Shown piece after piece: positions 1 through 8,278 of a stretch of 64,000 nucleotides of DNA. The notes below the pieces were generated by a model. It ran no database searches. It saw only the letters and a program-made list of their open reading frames with translations, and was not told the DNA's origin. How positions within the stretch are numbered: the stretch's first letter is position 1; each line of letters starts with the position of its first letter. The translations under genes were made by a program, and so were the position numbers. Source of the DNA: Chloroflexota bacterium (GTDB lineage: Bacteria > Chloroflexota > Dehalococcoidia > Lucifugimonadales > UBA1127); the NCBI GenBank assembly GCA_026713825.1, contig JAPONS010000049.1, forward strand, positions 64,340-128,339. The letters run 5' to 3'.

Positions 1-2
1 CG

Positions 3-1208
3 GACCCGGACTGCCCTCCCGTGCGCGTACGGCTGCTCGGCGAGGACCTCGTCGCATTCCGCGACACCGACGGCAAGCTGGGCCTCATCGACAACTACTG
101 TCCGCACCGCCGGGCAAGCCTGTTCTTCGGACGCAACGAGGAGTGCGGGCTTCGCTGCGTGTACCACGGCTGGAAGTTCGATGTGAACGGCGACTGCGTC
201 GACATGCCCTCGGAGCCGGCAGAGAGCAACTTCAAGGACAAGGTGAAGATCAAGGCCTACAGGATGGTTGAGCGCAACGGCATGATCTGGGCGTACATGG
301 GTCCTCGCGCGGTCCCGCCGCCGCTGCCGGACATCGAGCCGAACATGATGGAAGAGAGCGTAGACTCCAACTCGGCCGGGCTGCGGGAGTGCAACTGGGT
401 GCAGGCGATGGAGGGCGACATAGACACGGCCCACCTGAGCTTCCTGCACCTTGGCAAGGTCTCGGCGGAGGACGTGCAGCCAGGTACGTTCGACTACTAC
501 AACCAGAAGGACAAGGCGCCCCATTACAAGGTTGTCGAGACGGATTACGGCACCATGTACGGCGCGTACCGCCCCGCGGAGGAGGACTCCTACTACTGGC
601 GTGTCGCCCAGTTCATGATGCCCTTCTACACGATTCCACCAGAGGGGCGCCTGGGGCAGAAGATTGGCGTGCGGTGCTGGGTGCCCGTGGATGACAACCA
701 CACCATGTTCATGAGCATGTCAGTACGCAACACCAACAGTTCCATGGCGCGCAAGACCGTCGACGGACAGCCGATTGTGGGGCTGGGCGGCGCGCGCGGG
801 AAGCGCCCCGACGGCACTGGATGGCTGGAGCGGCACCGCTTTGAAGCCAACAAGGAAAATGACTACTTCATTGACCGGGACGCGCAGAAGAGCAAGAGCT
901 TCACGGGCATCGTTGGCATCCACATACAGGACCAGGCGATCACGGAGAGCATGGACCCCGTGGTCGACCGCTCCCGGGAGCGGCTCGGCACCAGCGACGG
1001 CATGATCATCAAGACACGGCAGCGGCTCATCAACGCGGCCCGCTCGCTGCAGGAGGGCGTGTCTGCGCCCGCTGTCGACAACCCGGAGCTCTACCGCGTG
1101 CGGTCGGGCGGGGTTATCCTCCCACGCGCCGCCGACTGGATCGAGGCGACGGAGGAATTGCGCAAGGCCTTCGTCGTCCACCCGGGCATTGAGAACACCA
1201 CGTCCTAG
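3..1208 (+). CDS. Rieske [2Fe-2S] ring-hydroxylating oxygenase, alpha (catalytic) subunit; 5' end outside window
   Basis: Rieske motif CPHRRASL...CVYHGWKF. The frame is open back to base 3 (DPDCPPVRVRLLGEDLVAFRD) and aligns with the paralog at 38684-39985 from about residue 40. Stop TAG at 1206-1208. Confidence 0.85.
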   Translation, partial: DPDCPPVRVRLLGEDLVAFRDTDGKLGLIDNYCPHRRASLFFGRNEECGLRCVYHGWKFDVNGDCVDMPSEPAESNFKDKVKIKAYRMVERNGMIWAYMGPRAVPPPLPDIEPNMMEESVDSNSAGLRECNWVQAMEGDIDTAHLSFLHLGKVSAEDVQPGTFDYYNQKDKAPHYKVVETDYGTMYGAYRPAEEDSYYWRVAQFMMPFYTIPPEGRLGQKIGVRCWVPVDDNHTMFMSMSVRNTNSSMARKTVDGQPIVGLGGARGKRPDGTGWLERHRFEANKENDYFIDRDAQKSKSFTGIVGIHIQDQAITESMDPVVDRSRERLGTSDGMIIKTRQRLINAARSLQEGVSAPAVDNPELYRVRSGGVILPRAADWIEATEELRKAFVVHPGIENTTS

Positions 1209-1229
1209 CCACGATCATACGCGGCAGCA

Positions 1230-1265
1230 GGGGGGCGCGCACCGCAAGGGCGCGCCCCCCTGTTT
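1230..1265 (+). terminator. Intrinsic-terminator-like GC hairpin after the Rieske gene
   Basis: GGGGGGCGCGC (1230-1240) pairs perfectly with GCGCGCCCCCC (1250-1260). The loop is 9 nt and the stem is followed by TGTTT. Confidence 0.6.
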
Positions 1266-1526
1266 CAGGACCGGCACACATTCAAGTTGTCTATACGTTG
1301 CCAACTGTTGCGTCCGTTCTATCTGGCAAACAGCCTTCACGTGAACTTCTACGAAAGCCGGCTTGAACGGCCCTACGTTCGGGACTTGCTCGCTTGCCGG
1401 TAGCGCGCGAGCAGTCATCTCATTCCCACGCGGAATCCTGTAATTCCATATTTGGTATTGCGCCTGTCGACCCTCACTTCGTACACTGGATGAGTCAAGG
1501 TTAACTTCTGGATTGGAAGCACCGAA

Positions 1527-2498
1527 TTGAACGACTGGGCTATCTATGCGTCCACAATCTCCCGGTCTTTTGGCGACGTAAAGGCGGTCAACGCGGTAGA
1601 CCTCGCCATCCCTAGGGGCGAGGTCTACGGCTTCCTGGGGCCGAACGGCGCCGGCAAGACCACCCTCGTGCGCATGCTGATCACGCTGCTGCTCCCGACC
1701 GCGGGGCAGGCGTGGGTGGTCGGCCATGAGCTCGTATCGGACGCCAAGGAGATACGGCTGCGCATTGGCGCCGCGCTACAGGATACGGCCCTGGACCCGA
1801 AGCAGACCGGCGTCGAGTTTCTCCGATTGCAGGGGTTCCTGTATGGGCTCACCGGCAGGGAAGTGCGGCAGCGCGTCGACGACCTGGCGTCGCTGGTGGA
1901 CATCGGCGACGCGCTCTCGCGCAGCATCGGCACCTACTCGGGCGGCATGAAGCGGCGGCTTGACCTGGCCGCGGCCATGATCCACAACCCGGAGGTCCTG
2001 TTCCTCGATGAGCCGACGACCGGCCTTGACCCGATCAGCCGCCGCCGCGTATGGGAGGAGATCCAACGTGTCAACAAAGCGCTGGGCGTCACCATCTTCC
2101 TCACGACACAGTATCTTGAAGAGGCCGACATGCTGGCCGACCGCGTCGGGATCATCAACCAGGGCGTGCTCGCGGCCGAGGGCACGCCGCCCGATCTGAA
2201 GCGGTCGCTCGGGTCCGACGTGATCATTGCGACGGTGGATGGCGACGCGGAAGAGGCGCGGCTGGCGGTCGGGAGTCTGCCGGCCATTGAGCAGGTGGAC
2301 GTGTACGGCAACGAGGTCGTCGTCCGCGTGTCCAACGGCGCGGCGCAGATCGGGGCCATCGCGCTCGCACTGAACCAGAACGGTGCCGAGATCCGCGAGA
2401 TACGCATGCATACCCCAACCCTCGACGACGTTTTCCTCAGTGTCACGGGCGAGCGATTCGAGGAGGTTGGAACGGAGGAGTCAGCAGATGGCGAGTAG
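1527..2498 (+). CDS. ABC transporter ATP-binding protein (DrrA/ABC-2 type exporter)
   Basis: Walker A GPNGAGKTT, signature YSGGMKRRL, Walker B LFLDEPTTGLD. TTG start; the stop overlaps the start of the downstream permease. Confidence 0.9.
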   Translation: MNDWAIYASTISRSFGDVKAVNAVDLAIPRGEVYGFLGPNGAGKTTLVRMLITLLLPTAGQAWVVGHELVSDAKEIRLRIGAALQDTALDPKQTGVEFLRLQGFLYGLTGREVRQRVDDLASLVDIGDALSRSIGTYSGGMKRRLDLAAAMIHNPEVLFLDEPTTGLDPISRRRVWEEIQRVNKALGVTIFLTTQYLEEADMLADRVGIINQGVLAAEGTPPDLKRSLGSDVIIATVDGDAEEARLAVGSLPAIEQVDVYGNEVVVRVSNGAAQIGAIALALNQNGAEIREIRMHTPTLDDVFLSVTGERFEEVGTEESADGE

Positions 2499-3291
2499 CC
2501 AATTAGCCGCGACGGAGGTACGCGCCCGGCACGCGGGGTTTCACCGGGACGTGATGTCCGTGGCCGGCCGTGCGCTCCGTTCCATTCCAAGGGACCCGGA
2601 GGCCATCTACCCGGCGCTGGTCATCCCTATCTTCTTCTTTGCCGTAAACATCGGCGCGCTGCAGGACCTGGCCGAGGATATCCCCGGGCTGGATTACAAG
2701 GCATTCCAGCTCCCGGTAGCCATCATCTTTGCGGTGACCGGCATCTCCCGCGCCATCACCCTGGTCACGGACATCCAGACCGGCTATTTCGACCGGCTCG
2801 CACTGACGCCGGTCAGCCGGTTCTCATTGTTGCTCGGGCTCATGGTGGCCGACATTGCGCTGGTGGTCGCGCTGACTATCCCGGTGCTTATCCTGGGATT
2901 CATCGTGGGGGTGCGTTTTGAAAGCGGCATGCTGGGGATACTTCTGTTCATCGCCATGGCCGGCGCGTGGGGTCTGGCGTTCACCGGCTTCCCATACGCC
3001 ATCGCCCTGAAGACAGGCAATCCCGCCGCGGTCAACGTGAGCTTCCTGATATTCTTCCCGTTCGTGTTCCTGACCACCATTTTTGTGCCGCTGGAGGCCA
3101 TGACCGGCTGGCTCCAGGCCATCGCCACCTACAACCCGGTCACATACCTGCTCGAAGGCCTGCGCTCCCTGGTCACCGACGACTGGAACTGGCCGATGAT
3201 CCTGCAGGGGCTGGGGGCCATCGTGCTGGTGGGCGCGGTGAGCATGACGCTGGCCTTTCTCGCGCTCGTGGGCCGGGCGAGGCGGGCGTAG
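2488..3291 (+). CDS. ABC-2 type transporter permease
   Basis: Polytopic hydrophobic protein directly coupled to the ATPase. ATG at 2488 overlaps the ATPase stop. The upstream part of track ORF 2383.. is out of frame with the ATPase gene. Confidence 0.8.
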   Translation: MASSQLAATEVRARHAGFHRDVMSVAGRALRSIPRDPEAIYPALVIPIFFFAVNIGALQDLAEDIPGLDYKAFQLPVAIIFAVTGISRAITLVTDIQTGYFDRLALTPVSRFSLLLGLMVADIALVVALTIPVLILGFIVGVRFESGMLGILLFIAMAGAWGLAFTGFPYAIALKTGNPAAVNVSFLIFFPFVFLTTIFVPLEAMTGWLQAIATYNPVTYLLEGLRSLVTDDWNWPMILQGLGAIVLVGAVSMTLAFLALVGRARRA

Positions 3292-3332
3292 GCGGACGGC
3301 ATTCCGCACCGGTGGACGCTCTTGATACCCGT

Positions 3333-3341
3333 TGCTATCAT
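3333..3341 (+). promoter_or_regulatory. Extended -10 element TGCTATCAT
   Basis: One of six TGCTATNNT motifs found just upstream of + strand genes in this window. It lies about 33 nt upstream of the GTG start at 3374, which has a GAGGAGG SD. Confidence 0.35.
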
Positions 3342-3373
3342 GGGCCACGATTGACCTTGCGAGGAGGCGTCCT

Positions 3374-3907
3374 GTGGCAACGTATTTCCGCGCGATCACG
3401 GACGAACAGGCGGACCTGATTCGGAATGCCCACCTCTTCTTCGTGGCGAGCGCGGACCCGGCGCTCGGCGAGGGGCCGGAGGGTGTTGGGCCCGTCAACC
3501 TGTCGCCCAAGGGCGGCGTGCCGCTGCACGTGCTTGGCCCCAACAAGGTCGCCTACCTGGACTTCGGCGGCAGCGGCAACGAGACGGCGCGGCATGCCTC
3601 AGCCGGCGGCCCCATGACGGTGATGGTGTGCTCGTTCGAGCAGGAAAACGCCGCAGTCGTCAGGCTTTTCGGCAAGGCCACAGTCACACCTCTGGAAGAG
3701 TCGCCCCTCGCCGCAATGCTTACGGAGGACAGCGGGGACGAGACTATGGGGATGCGGAAGCGGCAGGCTATCGTCGTCGAGGTAGACAGCACCGTCACAA
3801 GCTGCGGCTACGGCGTGCCGATGCTGGAGTACGTGTCCCAGCGCACGCCGGAGCAACGAGGGACAGCCTACAAGCCGCCGAGGCGAGCGGCGGCAGGAAC
3901 CGCCTAG
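3374..3907 (+). CDS. Pyridoxamine 5'-phosphate oxidase family (FMN-binding split-barrel) protein
   Basis: N-terminus ITDEQADLIRNAHLFFVASA... is typical of PNPOx-like proteins. GTG at 3374 is preceded by GAGGAGG. Confidence 0.65.
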   Translation: MATYFRAITDEQADLIRNAHLFFVASADPALGEGPEGVGPVNLSPKGGVPLHVLGPNKVAYLDFGGSGNETARHASAGGPMTVMVCSFEQENAAVVRLFGKATVTPLEESPLAAMLTEDSGDETMGMRKRQAIVVEVDSTVTSCGYGVPMLEYVSQRTPEQRGTAYKPPRRAAAGTA

Positions 3908-3932
3908 ACAAAACCAGGGAGGAACCACACGT

Positions 3933-4679
3933 ATGAGAGGTCTTCAGGGACGAGTGGCCGTCGTGACCGGCGCACACGGCGGCATGGGATCTGCCGCCGC
4001 GATTCGGCTCGGCGAGGAGGGCGTCAAGGTCGCAGCGCTCGACATCAAGGACTGCGGCGACACCATCGCGGCCATAGCCGCGGCGGGCGGCGATGCGCAG
4101 GCGTGGGTCTGCGACACCACGAACGAGGAGCAACTTGCACAGGTCATGCAGGAAGTCGCTGAGCGCTTTGGGGGCATCAACATCCTCGTCAACAACGCCG
4201 GGCTGCTCTCGCCACGCGTCCACTTCATGGACTGGAAGACCGAGGACGTCGAGCGGTTCATGCATGTGAACTACATGGGCTACGTACACACCACTCGCGC
4301 CGCGTACAACTACATCAAGGAAAGCGGCAACGGGCGCATCATCAACGTCGCGTCGCGCACCACCTTTGCGGGCGCGCCGGGGCAGTTTCCGTACACGGCC
4401 AGCAAGGGCGCCATCCAGGGCCTGACGTGGACGCTGTGCAAGGAGGCCGGCGCGGACGGCATCACGGTGAACGCCGTCATGCCGGGGCAGGTCGCGACGC
4501 CCGGCACCATGGCACACTCGGACGAGGAGGCGTTCAACCGCACGATGCAGAACCAGGCGATCAAGGAGCGCGTCTACCCGGAGCACCTGGCGGCGCTCAT
4601 TGCGTTCATGGCGAGCGACGACGCCGCGATGATCAGCGGCCAGAGCATCGTGTGCGACGGCGGCGGGCTGATGCGGTAA
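3933..4679 (+). CDS. SDR family oxidoreductase
   Basis: Cofactor motif VTGAHGGMG, NNAG motif, and catalytic YTASKGA (YxxxK). Confidence 0.9.
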   Translation: MRGLQGRVAVVTGAHGGMGSAAAIRLGEEGVKVAALDIKDCGDTIAAIAAAGGDAQAWVCDTTNEEQLAQVMQEVAERFGGINILVNNAGLLSPRVHFMDWKTEDVERFMHVNYMGYVHTTRAAYNYIKESGNGRIINVASRTTFAGAPGQFPYTASKGAIQGLTWTLCKEAGADGITVNAVMPGQVATPGTMAHSDEEAFNRTMQNQAIKERVYPEHLAALIAFMASDDAAMISGQSIVCDGGGLMR

Positions 4680-4730
4680 TTTGCCCCTGAACTCGGCGAT
4701 GGGCCGGGCCAGGCAGAACGTAAGGAGGAC

Positions 4731-5093
4731 ATGATGAAGAAGTCCAGGATCAGCGAGGTCCCGAAGGAGTCCGCGGCGTCAGCGCTCTTCACCAGTGAAG
4801 ACGTCTACCGCCAGCCCCTCGCGCCGGACAGCACCGACTTCAACGCGTCGGTCGTCGGCTTCGGGCATGGCGTGCGGAACAAGTTCCACACGCACACGAG
4901 CGACCAACTGCTCATCGTCACCCACGGCAAGGGCGTCTTTGCGACGGAGGGCGAGCAGGTGGAGCTGGAGCCCGGCGACGTGATCTTCTCCCCCGGCGGC
5001 GAGAAGCACTGGCACGGCGCGGACGGCGAGCACGACTTCGCGCACATCACCGTCACACGCAAGGACAGCGTCACGACGCAGCACGAGGAGTAG
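4731..5093 (+). CDS. Cupin domain protein
   Basis: 120 aa with His-rich cupin motifs (GVRNKFHTHTSDQLLIV ... PGGEKHWHG). AAGGAGG SD upstream. Confidence 0.75.
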   Translation: MMKKSRISEVPKESAASALFTSEDVYRQPLAPDSTDFNASVVGFGHGVRNKFHTHTSDQLLIVTHGKGVFATEGEQVELEPGDVIFSPGGEKHWHGADGEHDFAHITVTRKDSVTTQHEE

Positions 5094-5153
5094 GGGAACA
5101 GCCGTTCATCCTGAGCCCGTCGAAAGGGGAGGGAAACCCCTTCGGAGCACCTC

Positions 5154-5987
5154 ATGACTACGATTGTCAGCTGGAACGTTGCTCAACGCTCCGAACCTTG
5201 GGCGCAGTTGCTCGCTATGGACGCCGACGTCGCGCTGCTGCAAGAGGCTGCGGCACCCCCGGAGGGCGTACGCTATCGCGTCTGGCACAGCAATGTCCCA
5301 TTTCACACTCCCGGTCCAGAAGGTTACCGACCCGTCAAGTGGCGTGCTGCCGTCGTTCGCCTTTCTAACCGCGTAAAGGTCGATTGGATCGAGGCCAAGC
5401 CTCTCGTCGACGCCGAGTGGGGCGAGTTCGCTGTTACCCGCCCGGGTACCCTGGAGGCGGCTTGGGTGACGCCGCCATTGGGCGAACCCTTCATTGTGTG
5501 CTCCATGTACAGCCAGTGGACACGACCCCTCAAGGGCGCCGGTGAGTGGATCATGGCCGACAACTCTGCCCATCGACTCATTTCAGACCTGTCCGGTCTT
5601 ATCGGCAGGCAGCGGGGACACCGCATCATCGCTGCCGGAGACCTCAACATCTTTCACGGCTTTGGCGACGGAGGGAGCAAGTATTGGGAAGCTCGCTATC
5701 GGACGGTTTTCGACCGGATGACCGCCATTGGACTGGAGTTCATGGGTCCTCAGGCGCCGAACGGCAGGCAGGCTGAGCCGCGGGGATATGGTGAACCTGC
5801 CGACTCCAAAAACGTGCCTACCTACCACACCAACAGACAGTCCCCTGCGACCGCGCAGAACCAGCTTGACTACGTATTCGCGTCACGGGGCTTCCATGAG
5901 AGGGTCACCGTCCGCGCCCTCAACAACCCTGAAGACTGGGGGCCCAGCGACCACTGCCGCGTGCTCATTGAGGTCTCGGAGGGATAG
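5154..5987 (+). CDS. Endonuclease/exonuclease/phosphatase (EEP) family protein
   Basis: N-terminal IVSWNV, internal AAGDLNI, C-terminal GPSDHCRV; these are classic EEP catalytic motifs. Confidence 0.75.
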   Translation: MTTIVSWNVAQRSEPWAQLLAMDADVALLQEAAAPPEGVRYRVWHSNVPFHTPGPEGYRPVKWRAAVVRLSNRVKVDWIEAKPLVDAEWGEFAVTRPGTLEAAWVTPPLGEPFIVCSMYSQWTRPLKGAGEWIMADNSAHRLISDLSGLIGRQRGHRIIAAGDLNIFHGFGDGGSKYWEARYRTVFDRMTAIGLEFMGPQAPNGRQAEPRGYGEPADSKNVPTYHTNRQSPATAQNQLDYVFASRGFHERVTVRALNNPEDWGPSDHCRVLIEVSEG

Positions 5988-6068
5988 AATGGTTGCGGCA
6001 GGCTTGTGACCCACAAACCTCGACAGTGCCCTCGGCCCGGCCCGCGTCAGGGCACAAGGGGGAAAGAC

Positions 6069-7289
6069 ATGACAACCGGAAGCTCACTCACAAGGACGGA
6101 CAGAAACCTCTGGAACGCCATCGTCACGGAGTCCGTCGCCAATGTGAAGTACCAGGCCTTCGCGCAGCAGGCGTTGATTGAGGGCCACCCCGAGGTGGCG
6201 CAGATCTTCCAGGAGGTTGCCGGGGCCGAGAACATCCACGGCATAAACCACCTGCGGGTCGCGGGCGACGTCAAGTCATCGGTGGAGAACCTGCGCAGCG
6301 TCATCGCGGGCGAGGCTGAAGAAGCGGCGCGGGTGTATCCGCAGATGATCCAGGCAGCCCTCGATGAAGGGCGCCGCGACGCGGCCGACACCTTCCGCAT
6401 GGCTATGGACCGCGAGCAGCACCACCTGAACATGTTTGAGGCCTCTCTGGAACAATTGAAGCGAAAGCTGTCAGAGCAGGCCTTGTCGCAGCCAACACCT
6501 GCGCAGGTCCAACAAGCGGCCGCCGCGGCGCGAACCAAGGCGGCTGAGCCCTTCATCGACAGGCAGTCGTGGGCCAGCACGGAGGAAGTAGACACGGAGC
6601 GATGGCGCATCGCGGCGTCCGCCCGCGTCCGCGAGGTTGTGTTTGGCGCGCAGGACGGGCTCGTCAGCACGCTTGCGCTGGTGACCGCAGTCGCGGCCGC
6701 CGTCACTGGGAACAACGCGTCGTTCGTGCTGGTTGCCGGGCTGGCGGGGGCGCTCGCAGGCATGATCTCCATGGCCACGGGCGCCTTCCTCGGCTCCCGT
6801 GCGGCGCAGGACCTGCAGCGGGCGGAGATCGAGAAGGAGGCGCGGGAGCTTGAGGAGCACCCAGCCGAGGAGCTGGCGGAGTTGGTGTCGTTATATCAGC
6901 GGGAGGGGCTGAGCCTGCGTGAGGCTCGTGGCCTTGCCGACAAGGTGTCCGAGGACAAGGACCTGTGGCTTCGGACGCTGCTGGAAAAGGAGTTGGGCAT
7001 CAGCCCGGAGATTACCTCCAACCCCGTGAAGGACGCCGTTACGATGGGCACGGCCTTTGTGATTGCGGCGTTCATTCCCATCCTGCCGTATTTCTTCCTT
7101 GAGATTGCCAGGGCCATCCCTGTGTCTGTCGCGGTTACGCTGGTCGGGCTCTATGGTCTCGGCGTCTACAAGGGGCGGCTGGTCAAGAAGTCCCCGTGGA
7201 TGCACGGGCTGGAAGTGTTGGCCATCGGCTCCGTGGCGGCTGCGTTGTCCTTCGGTATAGGCGAGGGCATCCCGCGCATCTTTGGCTAG
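6069..7289 (+). CDS. Erythrin(ferritin-like)-VIT1/CCC1 fusion, MbfA-like membrane-bound ferritin / iron exporter
   Basis: N-terminal rubrerythrin-like helices (NVKYQAFAQQALIEGHPEVAQIFQEVAGAENIHG). C-terminal VIT1 domain (VFGAQDGLVSTLALVTAVA plus TM helices). ATG at 6069 with a GGGGGA SD. Confidence 0.75.
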   Translation: MTTGSSLTRTDRNLWNAIVTESVANVKYQAFAQQALIEGHPEVAQIFQEVAGAENIHGINHLRVAGDVKSSVENLRSVIAGEAEEAARVYPQMIQAALDEGRRDAADTFRMAMDREQHHLNMFEASLEQLKRKLSEQALSQPTPAQVQQAAAAARTKAAEPFIDRQSWASTEEVDTERWRIAASARVREVVFGAQDGLVSTLALVTAVAAAVTGNNASFVLVAGLAGALAGMISMATGAFLGSRAAQDLQRAEIEKEARELEEHPAEELAELVSLYQREGLSLREARGLADKVSEDKDLWLRTLLEKELGISPEITSNPVKDAVTMGTAFVIAAFIPILPYFFLEIARAIPVSVAVTLVGLYGLGVYKGRLVKKSPWMHGLEVLAIGSVAAALSFGIGEGIPRIFG

Positions 7290-7315
7290 CAAAGCACTCG
7301 ATAGAAGGGTAGCCA

Positions 7316-8278
7316 ATGCCTTTTGGCTTTTTGAACCGCAAGGGGGGCAAGGAGGAGGCGGAGCGCGGGCTGGAGCGCAGCCGCACCACTTTCTTTGGCC
7401 GCCTCAAGGACCTGATGGTGCGCGGCGGCGCCGGCGAGGACGTCTGGGACGAGGCCGAAGAGCTGCTGATCGAGGCCGATGTCGGCGCGGGGCTTGCGAT
7501 GGAGCTCCTGGACCGCGCCCGCGACAGGGCTCGCGGCGCCCGCTCCGCTGACGATGTCTTCGAGGCGCTGAAGGCGGATATCCTTGGGGTGCTCACCGCC
7601 GTCGAGGGTGCGCCACTTGGTCAACCAGATGGCGGCGGCAACGGCATGCCGGCACACAAGCCGCTTGTGGTGCTGGTCGTCGGCGTGAACGGCGCGGGGA
7701 AGACGACGAGCATTGCCAAGCTCGCCGCGCTCTTCCGCTCCGAGGGCAAGCGCGTTGTGCTCGCCGCCGCCGACACGTTCCGGGCCGCCGCGATCGAGCA
7801 GCTCCAGCACTGGGGGGAGCGGGCGGGGGCCGACGTCATCGCGCACAACCAGGGCGGCGACCCGGCGGCCGTCGCTTTCGACGCCATGGAGGCCGCCCGC
7901 GCCCGCGGCGCCGACGTGCTCATCGTCGATACGGCGGGGGGGCTGCACACCAAGAGCAACCTGATGGAAGAGATGAAGAAGATCGGCCGCGTCCTTGGCC
8001 GGGTGGATGACTCCGCGCCGCACGAGGTGCTGCTGGTGCTGGACGCCACGACGGGCCAGAACGGCCTGGTGCAGGCCAAAGAGTTCACGCAGGCCGTCGG
8101 CTGCACGGGCATCGTGCTGACCAAGCTGGACGGCACCGCCAAGGGCGGTGTGGTCTTGGCCATCGCACGAGAGATGGGGCTGCCCGTACGCTTCGTAGGC
8201 ACCGGTGAGGGTATGGGCGACCTCTCTCCCTTCGCGCCGGAAGAGTACGTGGACGCCCTGTTCAGCGCCAGCCGCTGA
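7316..8278 (+). CDS. ftsY: Signal recognition particle receptor FtsY
   Basis: SRP GTPase motifs GVNGAGKTTSIAKLA, DTAGGLH, TKLDGTAKGG. The stop overlaps the next gene's ATG (TGATG). Confidence 0.92.
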   Translation: MPFGFLNRKGGKEEAERGLERSRTTFFGRLKDLMVRGGAGEDVWDEAEELLIEADVGAGLAMELLDRARDRARGARSADDVFEALKADILGVLTAVEGAPLGQPDGGGNGMPAHKPLVVLVVGVNGAGKTTSIAKLAALFRSEGKRVVLAAADTFRAAAIEQLQHWGERAGADVIAHNQGGDPAAVAFDAMEAARARGADVLIVDTAGGLHTKSNLMEEMKKIGRVLGRVDDSAPHEVLLVLDATTGQNGLVQAKEFTQAVGCTGIVLTKLDGTAKGGVVLAIAREMGLPVRFVGTGEGMGDLSPFAPEEYVDALFSASR

